This document shows, piece by piece, positions 59,864-64,000 of a stretch of DNA of 64,000 nucleotides. Origin of the DNA: Isoptericola halotolerans (GTDB taxonomy: Bacteria; Actinomycetota; Actinomycetes; Actinomycetales; Cellulomonadaceae). Each line of letters starts with the position of its first letter. Position 1 is the first letter of the stretch. The notes under the pieces were generated by a model that was not told the origin of the DNA, ran no database searches, and saw only the letters and a program-made list of their open reading frames with translations. The stretch covers positions 496,001 to 560,000 of the forward strand of contig NZ_JABEZU010000002.1 of assembly GCF_013149785.1 (NCBI RefSeq), read 5' to 3'. Position numbers and translations under genes: made by a program.

Positions 59864-61780
59864 TCAGGTGCCGTTCGGCGTCCGGAAGGCCCGGTGGTCG
59901 GAGGGCTCCTCCTCGGCGCGGATCACGTGCATCACCGCGTTGATGAGCGCCAGGTGGGTGAACGCCTGCGGGAAGTTCCCCAGGTGCCGGCCGGTGCGGG
60001 GGTCGATCTCCTCGGCGTAGAGGTTCAGCGACGACGCGAACGACAGCAGGCGCTCGCACAGGGACCGGGCCCGCTCGATCTCGCCGATCTCGCAGAGCGC
60101 GCTCACCAGCCAGAACGAGCAGATCGTGAAGGTGCCCTCCTCGCCGGCCAGCCCGTCGTCGGTCTCCTCGACCCGGTAGCGCAGCACCAGGCCCTCCTCG
60201 GTGAGCTCGTCCGCGATCGCCAGCACGGTGGCCCGCACGCGCTCGTCGTCCGGCGGCAGGAACCGCAGCAGCGGGACCAGCAGCAGCGAGGCGTCCAGCG
60301 CGTCGTCCCCGTAGCGCTGGGTGAACACGCCTCGCTGGTCGATGCCCTTGGCGCAGATGTCGGCGTGGATCTCGTCGGCGAGCTTCTGCCACTGCTCGGC
60401 GAAGTCCGGCTCGTCGTAGAGGCGCGCCAGCCGTGCACCCCGGTCCAGCGCCACCCAGCACATGAGCTTGGACGAGGTGAAGTGCTGTGGTTCGCCGCGC
60501 ACCTCCCAGATGCCCCGGTCGGGCAGGTGCCAGTGCTTGGCCGCCTCCTCGACCTGACGCTTGAGCACCGGCCACAGGGCCTCGGGGAGCTGCTCGCGGT
60601 TGCGCGTGTGCAGGTAGACGGAGTCCAGCACCGCCCCCCACACGTCGTGCTGACGCTGGTTGTAGGCGGCGTTGCCCACGCGGACCGGCCGGGCGCCCTC
60701 GTAGCCGGTCAGATGGTTGAGCTCGGACTCGGTGAGCTTCTCCTCCCCGCCGACGCCGTACATGATCTGGAGCTGCTTGTTGTCGTGGCAGGCGTCCTGG
60801 ATGAACGCGAAGAAGTCGTTGGCCTCCCGGTCCAGCCCGAGGGTGTACAGGCCCCACAGGGCGAACGTCGAGTCCCGGATCCACGCGTAGCGGTAGTCCC
60901 AGTTGCGTTCACCGCCCGGGGTCTCGGGCAACGACGTCGTCGCCGCGGCCAGCAGGGCTCCCGTCGGGGCGTACGTCAGCCCCTTGAGCGTGAGGGCGGA
61001 CCGCTGCAGGAAGATGCGCCACGGGTGGTCGGGGAAGGACCCCTGCGTGATCCAGTCGCGCCAGAACTGCTCGGTGCGCCACATCTTGTCCACGGCCTCG
61101 TCCCAGGTCGCGGGGGCGGGCAGGGGGGACCACGCGAGCGCCACGAAGGCCGTCTCGCCCTCGCTCATCCGGGTGCGCGCCTGGGCGCGCTGGCCCTCGA
61201 GGCCGAACCGCAGGTTGGAGCTGAGCCGCAGGTCCGGGTTCTCGTCGCCCATCCGTGCCACGACGGACGAGTAGCCGTCGTCCAGGTACTCCCACCCCGG
61301 TTCCCCCCGCGCGTAGTCGGGCTTGGGGGAGCAGACCACCTCGAGGTCGACCGTGCCCGAGACGCACTTCACCGTGCGCAGCAGCACGTGCTCGGCGTCG
61401 TGGTCGGTGGGGGTGCGCTTGTGCGTCTGGGAGCGCTCGGCGAGGTTGTGCCAGGGCCCCATGACCATCGCGTCACGCACGACGAGCCAGCCGGTGGAGG
61501 TCTGCCAGGTCGTCTCGAGGATGAGGGTGCCCGGCAGGTAGCGGCGCGCGACCGGGACGCGGGCGCCGTGCGGGCCCACCCGGAACATCCCCGCTCCTCG
61601 GTCGAGGATCGCCGAGAAGACGCTGGGGGAGTCGGGCCGGGGCAGGCACATCCACTCGATGGCGCCGCTCGGGGCCACCAGAGCGTTGGTCTCGCAGTCG
61701 GACAGGAACGCGTACTCCGCGATCGACGGGAAGGTGCTGCGGCCGTCGGACCGTGGGGTGGGCTGGGCATCGAGCGTCAT
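59864..61780 (-). CDS. Glycoside hydrolase family 15 (trehalase/glucoamylase-like)
   Basis: TTSLPE, RNWDYRYAWIRD, GIWEVR and GNFPQAFTH. Confidence 0.9.
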   Translation of the reverse strand: MTLDAQPTPRSDGRSTFPSIAEYAFLSDCETNALVAPSGAIEWMCLPRPDSPSVFSAILDRGAGMFRVGPHGARVPVARRYLPGTLILETTWQTSTGWLVVRDAMVMGPWHNLAERSQTHKRTPTDHDAEHVLLRTVKCVSGTVDLEVVCSPKPDYARGEPGWEYLDDGYSSVVARMGDENPDLRLSSNLRFGLEGQRAQARTRMSEGETAFVALAWSPLPAPATWDEAVDKMWRTEQFWRDWITQGSFPDHPWRIFLQRSALTLKGLTYAPTGALLAAATTSLPETPGGERNWDYRYAWIRDSTFALWGLYTLGLDREANDFFAFIQDACHDNKQLQIMYGVGGEEKLTESELNHLTGYEGARPVRVGNAAYNQRQHDVWGAVLDSVYLHTRNREQLPEALWPVLKRQVEEAAKHWHLPDRGIWEVRGEPQHFTSSKLMCWVALDRGARLARLYDEPDFAEQWQKLADEIHADICAKGIDQRGVFTQRYGDDALDASLLLVPLLRFLPPDDERVRATVLAIADELTEEGLVLRYRVEETDDGLAGEEGTFTICSFWLVSALCEIGEIERARSLCERLLSFASSLNLYAEEIDPRTGRHLGNFPQAFTHLALINAVMHVIRAEEEPSDHRAFRTPNGT

Positions 61781-61864
61781 GGGTCCAGAGTGCGTCGCGC
61801 GGGGGGCGATGCGCCAGTTCGCGTCCCCGTGGGCGACGAAGTTTCACACAGTTGTGACGTCTCG

Positions 61865-61891
61865 TGTCGATCCACGAGTTTCCTGTTCGAC
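61865..61891 (+). promoter_or_regulatory. ECF42-type promoter TGTCGA...CGAC
   Basis: Matches the ECF42 consensus as recalled; directly upstream of the DGPF-ECF operon. Confidence 0.55.
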
Positions 61892-61943
61892 CTGGGGGTG
61901 AGAAGGTCCCAGACGGGGGCCGTCGACACGGGAGACGAGAACC

Positions 61944-62372
61944 ATGGCGAAGTACATGCTGATCATGCGCAGCACCGACGAGGCCGAGGCGGCGTTCGCC
62001 GAGTCCGGCATCGACTTCGAGGCGATGCTCGCCACGATGGGGCGCTTCAACGAGGAGATGATCGAGGCCGGGGTGCTGCTGGCCGCCGAAGGGCTCGAGG
62101 AGCCGGACAAGGGCGTCGTGGTCGACTACTCCACCGAGGAGCCGACCGTCACCGACGGCCCGTACGGCGAGACCAAGGAGCTGTTCAACGGGTACTGGAT
62201 CCTCGACGTCCCCACCATCGACGACGCCGTCGCGTGGGCCAAGAAGGCTCCGCTGGCCGGGCCGGGCATGAAGTCCGAGATCCGCCGCATCCCGACGATC
62301 GACGAGTTCCCGGCGGACAACGAGTGGATCCGTCGCGAGCGTGCCTGGCGCGAGCGCACGGGCCAGCTCTGA
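61944..62372 (+). CDS. YciI/DGPF family protein
   Basis: TDGPYGETKE motif. Confidence 0.88.
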   Translation: MAKYMLIMRSTDEAEAAFAESGIDFEAMLATMGRFNEEMIEAGVLLAAEGLEEPDKGVVVDYSTEEPTVTDGPYGETKELFNGYWILDVPTIDDAVAWAKKAPLAGPGMKSEIRRIPTIDEFPADNEWIRRERAWRERTGQL

Positions 62373-62416
62373 GCCGGACCGTCGACCACCCCACCAGACC
62401 TGAGGACGAGGACATC

Positions 62417-62839
62417 ATGACGAAGTACATGCTGATCATGCGAGGGACCGACGAGGGCAGGGCTGCCTTCGAGGCGACGGACTTCACCGAGGTCATCGCT
62501 GCGATGGGCCGCTACAACGAGCAGATGATGGACGCGGGGGTGCTCGCCGCGGGCGAAGGGCTCGCCGACGCCTCCGAGGGCGCCGTCGTCGACTTCTCCA
62601 CCGACACGCCGGTGGTGACGGACGGCCCCTACGGGGAGACCAAGGAGCTGTTCAACGGCTTCTGGATCCTGGACGTCTCCAGCCGCGACGAGGCGATCGA
62701 GTGGGCCAAGCGGGCGCCGCTCAGCGGCCCGGGGACCCGGCTCGAGGTGCGGCGCATCAACGGCGTCGAGGACTTCCCGCAGGACAACGAGTGGATCCAG
62801 AAGGAGAAGGAGTGGCGCCAGGAGCTCGGGACCGAGTGA
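62417..62839 (+). CDS. YciI/DGPF family protein (tandem paralog)
   Basis: MTKYMLIMR and TDGPYGETKE; GAGG RBS. Confidence 0.88.
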   Translation: MTKYMLIMRGTDEGRAAFEATDFTEVIAAMGRYNEQMMDAGVLAAGEGLADASEGAVVDFSTDTPVVTDGPYGETKELFNGFWILDVSSRDEAIEWAKRAPLSGPGTRLEVRRINGVEDFPQDNEWIQKEKEWRQELGTE

Positions 62840-64000
62840 GCGGCGCACGGGAGGTGTCCGGCGTCGGGGCCGAGCAGGGTCCCGACGCCGCGCGCCGTGC
62901 GGTCGAGGCGACGTGGCGCATCGAGTCCGCCCGGATCGTCGGCGCGCTGGCCCGCTACACCGGCGAGCTCGCGCTGGCCGAGGACGTCGCCTCCGAGGCC
63001 GTCGCCGAGGCGCTGGTCGGCTGGCCACGGGACGGCGTGCCCCGCGACCCGACGGGATGGTTGCTGGCCACCGGGCGCCGACGGGCCATCGACGCGTTCC
63101 GTCGGCGGTCGGCGCGCGACGTGCGCTACGCGGCCTTCGCCCGGGACCTGGGCGAGGGTGGGGCGCACGGCGGCGCGACGCCGTCGGGCGCCGAGGAGCC
63201 CGACCTGCTGTGGGACCCCGACCGCATCGAGGACGACAAGCTCGCCCTGATCTTCACCTCGTGCCACCCCGTGCTGTCCAAGGAGGCGCGGGTCGCGCTG
63301 ACGCTGCGCGTCGTCGGTGGGCTGACCAGCGAGGAGATCGCCCGCGCCTTCCTGGTGCCGACGGCCACGATCCAGGCCCGCATCACCCGGGCGAAGAAGG
63401 CCCTGGGTGCGGCGCGGGTGCCGTTCGAGGTGCCGCCGGCCGCCGAGCGGGCCGCACGCCTCGGCTCGGTGCTCAACGTCCTGTACGTGATCTTCACCGA
63501 GGGGTCGTCGGCCTCCGGGGGCGACGACTGGATCCGCGCGGACCTGGCCCGGGAGGCGATCCGGCTGTCCAGGGTCCTGACGCGGCTCGTGCCCGACGAG
63601 CCGGAGGCCGCCGGACTGCTCGCGCTGCTCGAGCTGACGGCCGCCCGCTTCCCGGCGCGCACCGGTCCGGACGGCGAGCCGATCCTGCTGGCCGACCAGG
63701 ACCGACGTCGGTGGGACGCCTCGGCGATCCGGCGCGGACGGGCAGCGTTGGCGCGCGCCGAGGCTGCCGGGCGCGGTCTGGGGCCGTACGGGCTCCAGGC
63801 CGCGATCGCCGAGCAGCACGACGTCGCACCCTCGGTGGAGGGCACCGACTGGGCGCGCATCGTCGTGCTGTACGAGGCGCTCGGCCGGGTGGCGCCGTCG
63901 CCGGTGGTGGACCTGAACCGGGCCGTGGCCGTGTCGATGGCCTCCGGGCCCGCCGAGGCGCTCGAGATCGTCGACGGGCTCGTCGCCGGCGGCGCCCTGC
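62836..64000 (+). CDS. ECF sigma factor with C-terminal extension (ECF42-type), 3'-truncated
   Basis: Own translation from GTG 62836: AVEATWRIESARIVGAL, LIFTSCHP, ARITRAKK, YVIFTEG, QDRRRWD and SPVVDLNRAVA. Confidence 0.88.
   Translation, partial: MSGAREVSGVGAEQGPDAARRAVEATWRIESARIVGALARYTGELALAEDVASEAVAEALVGWPRDGVPRDPTGWLLATGRRRAIDAFRRRSARDVRYAAFARDLGEGGAHGGATPSGAEEPDLLWDPDRIEDDKLALIFTSCHPVLSKEARVALTLRVVGGLTSEEIARAFLVPTATIQARITRAKKALGAARVPFEVPPAAERAARLGSVLNVLYVIFTEGSSASGGDDWIRADLAREAIRLSRVLTRLVPDEPEAAGLLALLELTAARFPARTGPDGEPILLADQDRRRWDASAIRRGRAALARAEAAGRGLGPYGLQAAIAEQHDVAPSVEGTDWARIVVLYEALGRVAPSPVVDLNRAVAVSMASGPAEALEIVDGLVAGGAL

Noticed and set aside
61844..61857. TCACA-N4-TGTGA as a CRP site
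   Set aside because: Half-sites are in the reverse order and spacing from TGTGA-N6-TCACA; may be another operator but unsupported
46784..64000. tRNA-Leu as the attachment site of an island
   Set aside because: No integrase and no duplicated tRNA 3' end seen in the window

Overview
Very GC-rich actinobacterial chromosome segment, probably Micrococcales (inferred from gene content and synteny, not proven). Bases 1-31150 are a large surface/exopolysaccharide locus, truncated on the left. It holds 13 glycosyltransferase genes (one a GT4-GT2 fusion), a Wzz/Wzc-like co-polymerase with a broken Walker A, a Wzy/O-antigen-ligase-family protein and a Wzt/Wzm ABC exporter. It also carries a CDP-sugar tailoring block (RfbF, SDR, RmlC, two C-methyltransferase-like proteins, a class-III PLP aminotransferase, a pyruvyltransferase-like protein, a PIG-L deacetylase). 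It ends in a secreted three-repeat protein and a Tat lipoprotein of the DUF4038/GH140-like type. Five promoter regions in this locus share a helically phased TCACCC box, suggesting one regulon; this locus is my best candidate for an undescribed system. Next come mfd, a modular GH10 xylanase, the conserved eno-ftsB-DUF501-ppx block, an NDH-2-like oxidoreductase and tRNA-Leu(TAA). The rest is accessory modules: a CGNR regulator/hydrolase pair, popR-clpP3-clpP4 with PopR boxes, LysR/EamA, an ArsR-like regulator, an RND permease, YccA, a TetR operon, GH15 and two DGPF genes with an ECF42-type sigma factor (truncated on the right). No CRISPR array, rRNA, transposase or integrase was seen. All calls are from reading motifs by eye; no searches were run.
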